Positions 12,326 to 31,610 of a stretch of DNA of 64,000 nt are shown in pieces (the stretch's first letter is position 1; every line of letters starts with the position of its first letter). The stretch is from Blastocystis sp. Blastoise (lineage: Eukaryota; Protista; Bigyra: Opalinata), in contig JBBPEB010000009.1 in assembly GCA_039096225.1 (NCBI GenBank), positions 682,001-746,000 of the forward strand. The letters are read 5' to 3'. Under the pieces are notes generated by a model. The model was given only the letters and a program-made list of their open reading frames with translations, searched no databases and was not told where the DNA came from. The translations under genes and the position numbers were made by a program.

Positions 12326-15300
12326 ATGAAACAGTTAATAGGTCTTATTAGTATTTTAGGATTGATTTCTTTAGGTATATTTTCTATATATTATTGATCT
12401 TGATACCTAACATTTTTAGTTCAGTCGCAATGTACTCCTCCTTACTATCAATTTACTCTTAGAAGAGGATACGCTTTATATGCTAGAGAAGAATCATGGA
12501 AGCTATTTCAAGGTACTGATACAACTGGCATTCTTATTCATGAAGGAGCTGGTACGAGTGCCGATGACTATACTGTCAAAGAATATAATATCTGTATTCA
12601 AATGCATGTTGTTTACACTCTTGCTATGTATGATAGGTATGTAATTATCACTCTTTAAAACCTTAATTTTTATTAATTATTATAATTTATAATAAAATAA
12701 TCATAAAAATTGCATTCATTTTTTTTAGTCTTGGTGATGGCTGGTCTACGGGCTCTTATCTTTGGATTATTTATCATGGTGTCACATTTCTTACAGCAAC
12801 ATTTTATAATTATGATGTTTCAGGTAGTGCTCCTAAATTACAACAATTCTATCGTATATATTATAATAATTAAATAAAGTTATTATATATAAAAATTATA
12901 ATATTTAAATAGAATTATTATGTATAAAAATTATAATAATATAGAATTATTATTTATAATAATTATAATAATATAGAATTACTCTATATAAAAATTATAA
13001 TAATATAGAATTACTCTATATAAAAATTATAATAATATAGAATTACTCTATATTAAAATTATAATATTTGAATAGAATTACTATATATAAAAATTATAAT
13101 ATTTAAATAGAATTATTTTATATAAAAATTATAATATTAAAATAGAATTACTCTATATAAAAATTATAATAATTTCCCCTTGTTTCTATATATACTACTA
13201 ATTCTATTATTCCTCTAGTAAACATTGTTATTCCTTATGATTCCACTTGGAAGACTTCTACTATTGCTCAAACTGGTACTTCTTGGACTCAAATGGATTT
13301 TGATGATTCCAGTTGGTCTTCTCTTGCTTCTGGTTCTTTCCCTAGTATTTCTACTACCACTCGTTATTATAGATATATTGCTACTATTATTGATAGTTCT
13401 GCTTATGCTTTTCATATTAATGTTAGAACAAATTCTGGTTTTATTGCTTATGTAAATGGCATTGAAGCTTCTCGTGTTGGTTTACCTACGTATATTTTAT
13501 TTTATTTTATTTATTTATTCTTTTAATTTATTTATATGCAATATATATATTATTATGATTTGTATTTAAATATATATAAAAATAATATATTATATATTAT
13601 ATATCTAGAATATGTGATTCTAATACTGATTCTTTAATTTCTGAAACTGATGCTACTTTGAAAGTGTAATTACATATTTTATATTATTATTCAAATATAT
13701 ATGCACTATATAAATATATATTTATTATTGTTTATATATAGAGTAATTATTCCTCTTTCTGAATATGCTACGTCAAGTTCAACTTTAGTTGTAGCTATAG
13801 AAATTCACTGTCACTCTTCTCAATTTGGTGCTTCTGATGTATTTGATGTTTATGCCACTACTGTTTATTCCTATTGTATATTATTACTAACTTTTCTTTT
13901 TTTCTATTAAATCTAATTTTATTCAATAATATCTTCCATAATATATTAAAAAACTAATATTAATTAATGATCATATAACAAATATCTAGTGGGTGAAGTT
14001 GGTACTTATGGTGGTACTGCTACTTGTTCTGCTGATAATGCGAATACAAATGATGTTTGTAAAAATGTTGTTGATTCTTTTTATAATACTATTTATTATT
14101 ATCAAAATACTGATAATATTATTACTATTACTCTTCCTCATGGATCTAAAACTTGGTTTAATGCTTACCAAATCGCTTCTGCTGGTGATTACGAAGAAAG
14201 AGATCCTAAAGAATGGACAGTCTATGGTTCTGAAGATGATGGTATGACTTGGATATTCTTAGATCATGTTACGGATAATTATTTTAATTCTAGATTTACT
14301 CAATATGTATTTAATATTCCTTCGAATAGAAAAGCTTTTAATCAAATCAAATTTCGTATTTCACGTTCTTGGTGGGAAATTGATACTCAAATAGCTGAAA
14401 TTTGTACTTATATTATTGATCAACCTATTGTTGCTCCTGGTCTTCAATATCCTTCTCATACACTTAATATTAATACTAATGATCCATCTGTATCTCTTTC
14501 TCCTATTTCTAGTGGTATTCATACTTTTACTGTTACTCCTGAATTACCTACTGGATTATTTCTTGATTCTATTAATGGTGATATTTTTGGTTATGTAGAT
14601 ACTGCTATTACCACTAAAACATATACTATTAGTGGTATTGATGGTGTTACCAATGCTCCTACTTCTTTTACTATGACTATCAGTAAAACTGTGTGTGAAC
14701 AACCTGCTATGGCTCAAGTAGTTATTACTAAAGTGAATAAATCGACTTCTAAAGATGAACGTGTTGTTATTTATAGTGAAGATAACACTCAAATTATTAC
14801 TCTTACTGGTGTTAATAATGGTGCTAATCAAGTATTAAATGAATGTCAAGTTGCTGGTCGTTGGAAATTTGTTCTTTTCGATGATAGTAATGATGGCTGG
14901 GAAAAAGGTGCTTAACTTGATGTCTCATTAAAATATGATTCTATTACTGAACATAGAATTGCTCGTTTATATTTATTATCTGGTAGTACTGCTACTTATT
15001 ATGTTAATACTCGTCTTGATCTTCCTTCTAAATCTAATGCTTGGAAATATCAACGTGGTGCTCCTACTGATGTTAATTGGAAGACTGCTCTTTATTCTGA
15101 TGCTTCTTGGCAAACTTTAACTTATAGTCCTCTTGTTTATACTACTCAAAGTATTATTCTTCTTAGAAATACTTTTACTATTATTTCTAAGACGAATATG
15201 GTTGGTTGGGAATTATTCTTTAAATCTAAAGCTGGTTGTGTTATTTATGTAAATGGTAATGAAGTCTATAGAAATAATCTTATTGCTGGTGAAATTACTA

Positions 15301-18300
15301 CTTCTACTGTTGCTACTAGGAGTGATTCTTCTTTCTTATGGAGATCTGTATCTGGTCCTATGACTACTCTTTCTAATGGTAATAGTATTACTATAGCTGT
15401 TGCTCTTGTTAATTGTGGAATTGGCTCTTATTATGTTGATTTTGATGGTTTATTCCATCTTCTTGGTGATTCTAATGTCATTCAAAATGCTTCAGAGGGT
15501 TCATATTATACTTCTAGTAATGATCTTGATAGTTCTAATGAGAATCTTTTTGATGGTGACACAAATACTCGATGGATTACTGGTTTACATGATTCTATTA
15601 CTCCTCATTATGCTACTATTACTTTTAATAATAATAATGCTGAACTTATTAATAAATATTGTATTGTTTCAAATTGGGATTCTCCTCAATATGATCCTGC
15701 AGACTGGATTGTTTCTGGTTCTCTGGATGGTACTACTTTCACTGACTTAAGTATTATATCTAATGTTTCATTTAAGGAGAGATTAGAAAGAAGATGTTTC
15801 TATATGCCTACTAATAATAAAGCTTATAGTACATATAAATGGACTATTACTAAAGCTGCTGTTATTCAAGATAATAATAGATATGCTGCTAGTGAATTTG
15901 AATTCTATTTAGAAAATATTGAATCACTTGTTATTCCTGCTTTCAGTTTCACTCCTGCTTCTATTGTTGCTTATAAAGGTGTTACTGTTCCTGCCCTTTT
16001 GGTTTCTTCTGAGTATTATTATGATTTCGCTATTTCTCCTGCTCTTCCTATTGGTGTTACTCTAGATTCTTCTAATGGTTATTTCAATGGTATTCCTACT
16101 ACTTTATTAACTCCTACTACTTATACTATTAGTGCTAAAAGTCTTCAAGGTACTCCTGTTAGTACTACTATTACTTTCTCTGTAATTACTTGTTCTTATC
16201 CTAATAACTTATTCAAATTAAGATTCTATTTTACTAGTTATGCTAATGAAGCTTCTTGGACTCTTAAGGATTCTACTGATACAGTTATTGATTCAAGATT
16301 TACTTCTGTTGATTATTCTACTCAAGATTTCATTTATTGTAGAGCTGCTGGTATTTATACTTTAGTAATGTCTGATAGTAAGAATGATGGTTGGGGTGAT
16401 GGTACTTATTCTGTATTTGTTGAAGATAGTACTACTGCTCTTGTGTCTGGTTCTCTTGCTGTAGGTGAATCTCCTAAAACTGTTACTCTTAATATTGGTA
16501 GAATTGTTTCTAATGATGCTACTTGGAAACAATTAAATTCTGGTGCTGAAGCTCCTTCTGGTTGGAATACTGTTTCTTTCTCAGATGCTGTTTGGCCTAC
16601 TGGTATTTCTGGATCTTTATCTGCTCCTACTGGTACTACTCAGTATTATAGAACTACTTTTACTCTTTCTACTATTGATCCTGCTTATTCTGGTATTGAC
16701 ATTAGTGCTAGTACTTATGCTGGTATGATTGTTTATCTTAATGGTCATGAAATTAGAAGAATTAATATGCCTACTGGTACTGTTAATTATAATACTGCTG
16801 CTACTGCTGAATTTACTTCTAGTGCTTTATTTACAAGTTCTGTTTCTACACTTGTTAATCCTATTCTTGTTGTTGGTACTAATGTTATAGCTGTTGAAAT
16901 TCATAAGAAAGATACACTTCCTGCTACCAATGAATTTACTTGCTTTACTTCTTTTATTGCTTCTGGTGAATATAGACTATCTGATGGCGTTGCTTGGTCT
17001 GATATTGAAAAAACTGGTGATGATGGTACTGATAAATTATTTGATAATAATTTAGATACTTCAGTTGTGAGTGGTCCACGATGTGTTGGTGCTATTTATC
17101 AATATACTTTTAATAATGATCGTAAAGAATTTATTAATCATTATAAGATTACTAATGGTAATACTTGTAATCAAAGATCTCCTTCTAGTTGGAGAATTGA
17201 AGGTTCTAATGATAACGGTGTCAATTGGACATTATTAGATCATGAAAACCAACAATTCTTTACCTCTTATGGACAAACATTTTCCTATGATTTCTATTCT
17301 TTTCGACCTTATAATTCCTATCGATTTATTGCTACTGAATGTAATAACTCTGCTCTTGATAGTCTAAATTGTAGTGATGGCTTTCAATTATCTGAATTTG
17401 GTTTATATATAACTAATACTCCTTCTTCCTGTGTATCTGATGGTATTTGGGGACCTGCTGTTGAAGGTGGCTATTCATTCCAAGAATGTCCTATTGGTTA
17501 TGATGGTATTCAAAGAAGATTATGTACTGCTGGTGTTTTTGGTGAAATTCAACAACTTTGCACTTTAGTTGCTCCTACTGGCCTTGCTTATACTGGTTCT
17601 CCTTTTATTTATCATAAAAATATACCTGTATCTCTTGCTGCTAGTGTTACTGCTGCTGCTTCAACTTTCTCTGTTGATCCTTCTCTTCCTAATGGTCTTA
17701 CTATTAATCCTTCTAATGGTATGATTTCTGGTACACCTACTACTTATTCTGATATTACTACTTATACTATTACTGCTACGAATACTGCTGGTTCTGTTTC
17801 TACTACTATCATGATTTTTATAGATTTAGTTTTCTGTACTTCTGAAGATAATTGGCCTCTTACTGAAATTGGTCAAGAAGCTTCATTACCTTGTGAAGAT
17901 ACTATTAATTATGAAGGATCAAGAACTAGATTATGCCAAATTGGTTATCCTGCTATTTGGGGTTCTGTTATTAATAATTGTCAATTAAGAATGCCAACTA
18001 TAATATATACAGTACCTACAACTATTGGATATAAAAATGTTCCTATTACACCTATTACTGCTCTTATAACTGGAAGTAATTTGAATCCTTTAACTATATC
18101 TCCTTCTCTTCCTAATGGTTTATTCTTTAATTCTATTACTGGATTAATATATGGTACACCTACTACTACTACTTCTTCTTCTTCTGTATTATATACTATT
18201 ACGATTTCTAATCCTAGAGGTGAATCTACTGCTACTATTACTATTACTATAAAAGATAGTAGTTGTCCTATTGATGATATTTGGCCTATTACAGAAGCTG

Positions 18301-21095
18301 GAGAACAAGCTATTTTAGATTGTGAAGATACTATTAATTATGAAGGATTTAGAACAAGATTATGTATAAGAGGAGATCCTGCTGTTTGGGGAGATATTAT
18401 TAATAATTGTCAACTTTTATTACCTACTATCTCATATGCTACTACTAATATAATAGGTAATAAAAATAATGCTATTACTCCTGTGGCTGCTACTATTACA
18501 GGTGGTAATCTTAATCCTTTAACAATATCTCCTTCTCTTCCTGATGGATTAATATTTAATACTGAAAATGGTTTCATATATGGTATTCCTACTTCTGATT
18601 CTTCTAATACTTATACTATTACAATCTCTAATCCTACAGGTCAATCTACTGCTACTATAACAATTACGATAAGTGCTTCTAATTGTATTTCTGATGATAT
18701 TTGGCCTGCTACAGAAGCTGGACAACAAATTACTCTACCTTGTGAAGATACTATTAATTATGAAGGATTTAGAACAAGATTATGTAAACTTGAATATCCT
18801 GCTGTTTGGGGAGATATTATTAATAATTGTCAACTAAAAATGCCTTCAATTATATATGATATAACTACTATTACTGGATATAAGAATATTGCTATTAATT
18901 CTGTTAATGCTACTATTACAGGTGGTAATTTGAATTCTATTACTATTAATCCTTCTCTTCCTGATGGATTAATATTTAATACTGAAAATGGTCAAATATA
19001 TGGTACACCTACTTCTTCTTCTTCTGGTTCTTATGTTATTACTGTATCAAATCCAAGAGGAGAAGATAATGCTGTTATTAATATTATTATTAATATTTAT
19101 AATTGTATAATGGATGATATATGGCCTGTTACAGAAGCTGGAGAGCAAGTTACTTTACCATGTGAAGATACTATTAATTATGAAGGATTTAGAACAAGAT
19201 TATGTTTATTAGGAAATCCTGCTGTTTGGGAAGATGCTGTTAATAATTGTCAACTAAACAATCCTTCAATTTCTTATATAACTACTACTATTACTGGATA
19301 TAAAAATATTGGTATTACTCCTATTATGGCTTCTATTACTGGAGGTAATTTGAATCCTTTAACTATTAATCCTTCTCTTCCTGATGGATTAATATTTAAT
19401 TCTGTTACTGGTGTTATTTATGGTATTCCTACTTCTGATTCTTCTAATACTTATGCTATTACTATTTCTAATTCAAGAGGAGAATCAACTGCTACTATTA
19501 CTATTATTATTAGTATTGCTAATTGTCCTGATGATACTGTTTGGTCTGCTACAGAAATTGGTCAACAAATCACATTACCATGTGAAGATCCTATTAATTA
19601 TGAAGGATTTAGAACTAGATTATGTAAACTTGGTTATCCTGCTGTTTGGGGTACTATTATTAATAATTGTCAATTAAAGATGCCTTCAATTTCTTATCAT
19701 ACTAATGAAATTATTGGATATAAAAATATTGCTATTACTCCTATTATGGCTTCTCTTACAGGTGGTAATTTGAATCCTTTAACTATTAATCCTTCTCTTC
19801 CTGATGGATTATCATTTAATCCTACTACTGGATTAATTTATGGTATTCCTACTTCTTCTTCTTCTAATACTTATACTGTAACTATTTCTAATTCAAGAGG
19901 AGAATCTACTGCTACTATTACTATTACGATAAGTATTATTTCTTGTGTTGCTGAAAATGGTTGGTCTATGACTGAAATTGGTCAACAAATTACTTTACCT
20001 TGTGAAGATCCTATTAATTATGAAGGATTTAGAACTAGATTATGTAAACTTGAATATCCTGCTGTTTGGGGAGATATTATTAATAATTGTCAATTAAAGA
20101 TGCCTTCAATTTCTTATAATGAAAATACTATTATTGGATATAAGAATGATATTATTACTCCAATTATGGCTTCTATTACAGGTGGTAATTTGAATCCTTT
20201 AACAATATCTCCTTCTCTTCCTGATGGATTATCTTTTAATACTCAAAATGGTTTTATATATGGTATTCCTACGTCTGCTTCTTCTAATAGCTATACTATT
20301 ACTGCTTCTAATGCTAGAGGAGAATCAACTGCTACTATTACTATTACGATAAGTATTATTTATTGTCCTTCTGATGATAATTGGCCTATTACAGAAAGAG
20401 GTATAACTGCTTATATTGAATGTCCTTCTGGTCAATCCGGTATTCAAAGTCGTGTTTGTCAAAATACAGGTGTTGGTACTGCTTCTTGGCAAGTTGCTGA
20501 TAGTTCTGAATGTTATGTATTTATTGTTAACGAAGATCCTGGTGAGAATAAAGTATTTATTACTGTTCCTATGAGACTTGAAGGATTAACTGAGAGTGTT
20601 TTTAATACTCCTTCTACAATAGAAACCTTTAGAACACTTATTGTTCAATCTCTTGCTAGTTATTCTATTCCTTCATCTGGTGTAAAGATTATTAGTGTTT
20701 CTAGTGTATCAACATATACTGATGGTGTTTCGGTTGATATAAGAATCACTGCTAATCAATCGGATGAAGATAATATAAAGAATGATATAAATACTTTATT
20801 TACAGGTATTGATTCTATTCTTCTGAAGTTATTCAAAACAAGTGATGATTCGAATCTAAAGGCTATTACTGGTGTTTTAATTAATGGGAAAATAGTATCC
20901 AGTGGTAATTCTCTTTCAGTTACAACAATTATTCTTATTGTTGTTATTATTATTCTTATTATATTGTTGATTCTAGTATTTGCTTTAAAGTATATTAAGA
21001 ATATAAAGAAAGAAAAGAAAGAAAAGAAATTACAACCTCACAAAAAAACACCAGAAGTTGAAACTGTTAAAGTTGAAAAACCTGTTATTTTGTAA
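12326..21095 (+). CDS. Large type-I membrane surface protein (about 2,650 aa if read through): signal peptide; repeated DGW beta-sandwich, galactose-binding-like, F5/8C-like and He_PIG Ig modules; tandem Cys-rich + Ig units; TM helix and basic tail. Interrupted by one in-frame TAA at 14913-14915.
   Basis: MKQLIGLISILGLISL signal peptide. Six phase-consistent short exons precede the long exon starting at 13990. ORFs 13989..14915 and 15198..21095 share a frame, and the 282 nt between them are open and homologous to other modules. TM segment IILIVVIIILIILLILVFAL. Confidence 0.85.
12880..13172 (+). repeat. Intronic ~33-bp minisatellite (atagaattactctatataaaaattataataat), about 8 copies
   Basis: Direct tandem repeats inside the intron at about 12855-13218. 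Confidence 0.85.
17430..20520 (+). repeat. Coding tandem array of ~420-bp units (Cys-rich hormone-receptor-like module + He_PIG Ig-like domain), 7 units plus a final Cys module
   Basis: Recurring tgtgaagat(a/c)ctattaattatgaagga...agaac(a/t)agattatg at about 420-nt spacing. Peptide C...WPxTExGQxxxLPCEDxINYEGFRTRLC...PAVW...NNCQL...PSLPDGL. Confidence 0.92.
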
Positions 21096-22448
21096 TTTAT
21101 TTTTAGTTTTTATATTTATTATTATTTAATATTTGTTCATACTTATATATTAATTGAAATTAATTATTTATTGTTTAGTTGTTGTTAGTTATAAATCATT
21201 GATATGTAGAGTTAACAGTAATTAAAAATAAATGGAGACTAGATGTGACAATAATTATAAATGAAATTATTTTATAATTGATATATATAATAAAATATTC
21301 GTTATTTATTAATATACTTATGTGTGTGATATTAAGATGAAAAATGATATTTTTTATTATTAATATCAAATAGTTTAAAAATACTTTCACATTATTTATA
21401 GATAAATATTATTATGTCATAAATTATTTTAAAGAGTATTATCCAAACTCCATTATAAAATATTCAATTCTTTCTTTTACAAAAATAATACATAATATAC
21501 ACCACATTTAAATGCTTAAGAATATATAATAAAATAATTATTTAAATCAAAGCATAGAAATCTTTATGAAATAATTACTGAAGACTTATTGTTGATGTTT
21601 CTATAATTCTTTTTTTGCAGCTAATCATTTCCTTTTCTATTACTATGCAATATCCACGCTAATTTCAAATGATATCATGCATTAAAATAATATAGCTATA
21701 TATTTAGAAGACTATTATAAATACTTTTAACATTTAGCATAAAATACATTTGTTTTTGTTTGAAGATCGACACTATAGTACATAACATAGTCAAAATAAC
21801 AATAGAACTTTTTTCAACAATGAATCTGAGCATAATATATATCAAAATATACTTTTTTTTACATTTAATCCAATTTTTTCTAGGAGAGTTGAATATATAT
21901 ATTTCTTGATCCTTTCGACTTATACTTTATTCTCATGATTTCAGAGTGATACTGTTAAAACAGTTAATAATTACCCAACTGATTGATTGTATTACAGAAA
22001 TCTAATAATTATTATAATTATTCTTATTTCCGTCATCTTGTCAATCTAACTAATATTTGAAATTCATCCAAATACCAATAATTATTAATAAAATAGTCTT
22101 TTGATTATCAAAAGAATAAATTTCGATTAATTGAATTGTTTTGCTTATAAAAAAAGAAATATTCTCAATTAAAAAAGAGAATTCCTAAAATTGAATGATT
22201 TTTGAGAATTTGTGAAAAATTAGTACCACAACTAATTATTCCCGTAATAACACATTCACTTGTTTTTGAATACATACCTCTGCTTTAAAAAACTATTTTT
22301 CTACGTCTTTATTTATTACTTTCTCGTTTTAGTTTTATTCACATATAATTCATGACCCTCTCATCATAAATTTATTATTTTATTTAATTCTAAACTCAAG
22401 TTATTCTGGAAAACATAAAAAGTCTGAAGATGCACATTTTTTAAACAG

Positions 22449-22460
22449 TTTTCCCGCGAA
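22449..22460 (+). promoter_or_regulatory. TTTTCCCGCGAA, an E2F-like site about 120 nt upstream of the chromatin gene ATG
   Basis: Matches the E2F consensus TTTSSCGC. It is also an instance of the window-wide motif, so promoter function is unproven. Confidence 0.3.
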
Positions 22461-22577
22461 ATTATTTCCCATAAAAAAGTGACTTAAATTTGAATAAATA
22501 TAAATAACTTCTATTTATCCTTTTTCGTTTTTTGCTAACGAGAGTAATTCATTGCATTGCTAGTAGAACTGGAATAG

Positions 22578-28628
<6,051 letters not shown>

Positions 28629-28873
28629 ATGATTTATGAATATAAACTTTATTTTATAAATATTTTTTTCTTATAATTAAAAATATGTATATTCTAGTTA
28701 TTTTGTTATCACAAAAAAAAGTGAATGTAAATGAAACAAAACAAATTATTAAATAACTTCTTAATTATATCATAAATAGTATATGTTTACAAAAGAATAA
28801 AGAAGAAAAAGAGGAAGCCATAGTATAAAAGAATTATATATAAATGAATTATATAAAAAGAAGAAGAATTTGT

Positions 28874-30415
28874 TTAATTAGGAAGAGTAGAAGAGTTTCT
28901 GAATATCTTAGCAACCCAGAATAAAACAATAATTAAACAAGCATTTTCAATAAGAGTTAAACATTCTATAGATGATTAAAATATATTATTAAATAGATTA
29001 TTGTTATTATTAATAAACATATTATTAATAATATATTATTTAAAAGCATAAAGATATATATAATTTATATATACCAGAAACATAATATAACCAGAATAAT
29101 CTGAAGCTTTCAAGAACAAGAATTAAGAAGGAAAGCATACCACAAATACCTCCTACAATACTAATAGTACCAAATACCTTACTGATTTCCTATAGAGAAT
29201 CATAATAATAATAAAATAAGTTAAAAAATAATAAAATAATTTAAATATAATTAACATAATAATAATAATAAAATAATTTAAATAATAATAATAAAATAAT
29301 AAGCATAATAATATCTACTACTTACAGTCTTTTCATGAGCAAGATATCCAAGAATGAATAAGAAATAAGCAAAACAGAGAGAATCAATAGTGAAAACATA
29401 TTCAGTAGCATGTTGATAATATTGATAAAGAATATAGATAGTACATTTATTAAGGAATAATTATATAAAAATGATAAAAATATATTATATATATAGAGTT
29501 GTAAAGGATATACTGGATGGTATTTTTCAGAAGTCCATTGAGTACCAAGTCTACCTACAACCTAAATATATAATAATAAATATAATAATAATAAATATAA
29601 TAATAATAAAAATATATAATAATAAATATATATAATAATAAATATATAACACACAATAACATGCGACAAATATATATAATAAATAAAAAAATAATAAAAA
29701 AAATATATACTTCAACAAGACCACAATCGAAGAATCCTTCAAACATATTAACAATACAACCACAAATAGCAGAATTAGCCTATATAAAAATAAAATAATT
29801 ATATATGATTAAAAAAAACTATTATTATATATATAAAAACAAAACGCAAAAAACGCAAAAAAAAAAAAAAAAAAAAAAGATACCATAACACGAGCCATAA
29901 TAGAGTTCTTGAAATAATATTGAAGATTATATATATACATTATTATAATAGTTATTCAAAAAGAATATAATAATTATAAAAACACAAAAAAAAAAACATA
30001 CATTAGCAACGGGGATGATCATAAGAGAAGAAAGAGTATCTATATTAAATATTATTATAATATAGTTTTATAAAAAATACCAAGAATTCTTAAGAAGCAA
30101 TCCCATTTGGAGTAAGAAGCAATAGTTTCTAAGTAAGATTTAAGAGTAGCAGCATCATAATCCTACAATATAAATAAATCAATAGAATGAATAGATTTAT
30201 TTTGTAAATAAAAGAAAGAACAGATAAGAGAATATATATACAGATAATTTTTCCATGTTGACACTACCAAACATTTCAACAAGGTTTTCAATGATCATAA
30301 TAACGCAAGAAATGACATAGAGAATAGCAGCGACTAAGGCAAAAATGTAGCCATTAGTATGGAGGTCATTAAATCCACCAACGACAGCTTGAACTGCACC
30401 AAAAGTTTGTTGCAT
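28874..30415 (-). CDS. Uncharacterised multipass membrane protein (about 6-7 TM), 9 exons, one AT-AC intron
   Basis: ATG at 30415. Exons join in frame through ...EKYHPVIYILYQYYQHATEYVFTIDSLCFA... to KIFRNSSTLPN* (TAA 28876-28874). Several hydrophobic helices and T/C-ending codon bias. Confidence 0.8.
29441..29511 (-). other. U12-type (minor spliceosome) AT-AC intron, 71 nt
   Basis: 5' ATATCCTTT, branch TTCCTTAAT (29457-29449), 3' AC. Removal restores the frame (cca gt|t atc tat = P-V-I-Y). There is no AG inside the intron. Confidence 0.9.
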
Positions 30416-31261
30416 TTATAAAAAATAATATATAAAAACAATAAAAAAATAAAATGTTTAAAAAACAAAATTGTTTTTTATTTTTATATATATTTTTTCT
30501 CTTTGTAAACACTTAAATAAACAATAATGTCCATATTAACCTGTTTTTGTCTCCAATAATTAGGAACCATATATCAATAATTGCCAAACACATCTTGTAT
30601 TTTTATCTTGTGTTTTTCCGCCACTTGCCGATATTCACGGTTTTTTGATCAGGTTTGTAGGATTACCACTTTTATAATTCTTGGAAAACAATAGGATTCT
30701 TTTTGATTTTTATATAACGTAGTGTTTATTCATCATTTTTCCTAGTATCGATTTGTTTCCATGGTGTATTAGAGTCTTTATGAAATTGGTGTCATTCAAA
30801 TGTTTGTTTTGTATCATTTACAAATCTTTTCAAAGATACAAATGCTCCATTTGAGCAAATTATCGTTATTTATTTTTATTTTATTTAATGATTCTAGCAA
30901 CAGCTATTCAGATTAATGAATGAGAGATATAAAATTTTGTATAAGTGAATTATTTATGATTTTTACAAGATTTCTATTTTAATACTCAAAAAGGTATTAT
31001 AGAGCAATGTCGCAATATGTACATATATTTAAATGAATGAAAAACAAAAAACTAATTGTGTTTTTTTAACTTTTTTATTGTCTAAAAAGATAATTTTATT
31101 ATATTAGGTCAGTTTTAATGTTCATCATACAAGCTATAACCTCTTGAATGTAATAAGATTATTTATGAAATAAATAAGATAGAATAAAAAACGAATCATA
31201 GTTGTAAAGGAATATATAAACGAAGTGTAATATGTTTAAATTGTACTGAAATAAGTAAATA

Positions 31262-31362
31262 TTGAAGATTAATTTTGAATATATTGTGAAGATTAATTTT
31301 GAATACATTGTGAAGATTAATTTTGAATATATTGTGAAGATTAATTTTGAATATATAGTGAA
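31262..31362. repeat. Intergenic 24-bp tandem repeat (gaagattaattttgaatatattgt), 4 copies
   Basis: Head-to-tail repeats without spacers. Confidence 0.85.
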
Positions 31363-31610
31363 TTATAAAAATACAATAAGATAGAAACAATATAGATAAA
31401 AGAAGACAACAATGATTCATAAAATAGTATTATTGAATTGAAAGAATAGAGATTATTTAATATATATATTATATATATGAAATGAAAAATTTATAATTGT
31501 AAATAAAGAAATGAATGTATTAAAAAAATTAACAAAAAAAAATTTAATAATAAAAAAAGAAAGTCAGAAAAATAGAATTATAACAGTGAATTTTACAAAA
31601 AAAAGAATAA

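Noticed and set aside
31262-31362. CRISPR-like 24-bp repeats
   Set aside because: Head-to-tail with no unique spacers, no cas genes, and a eukaryotic context.
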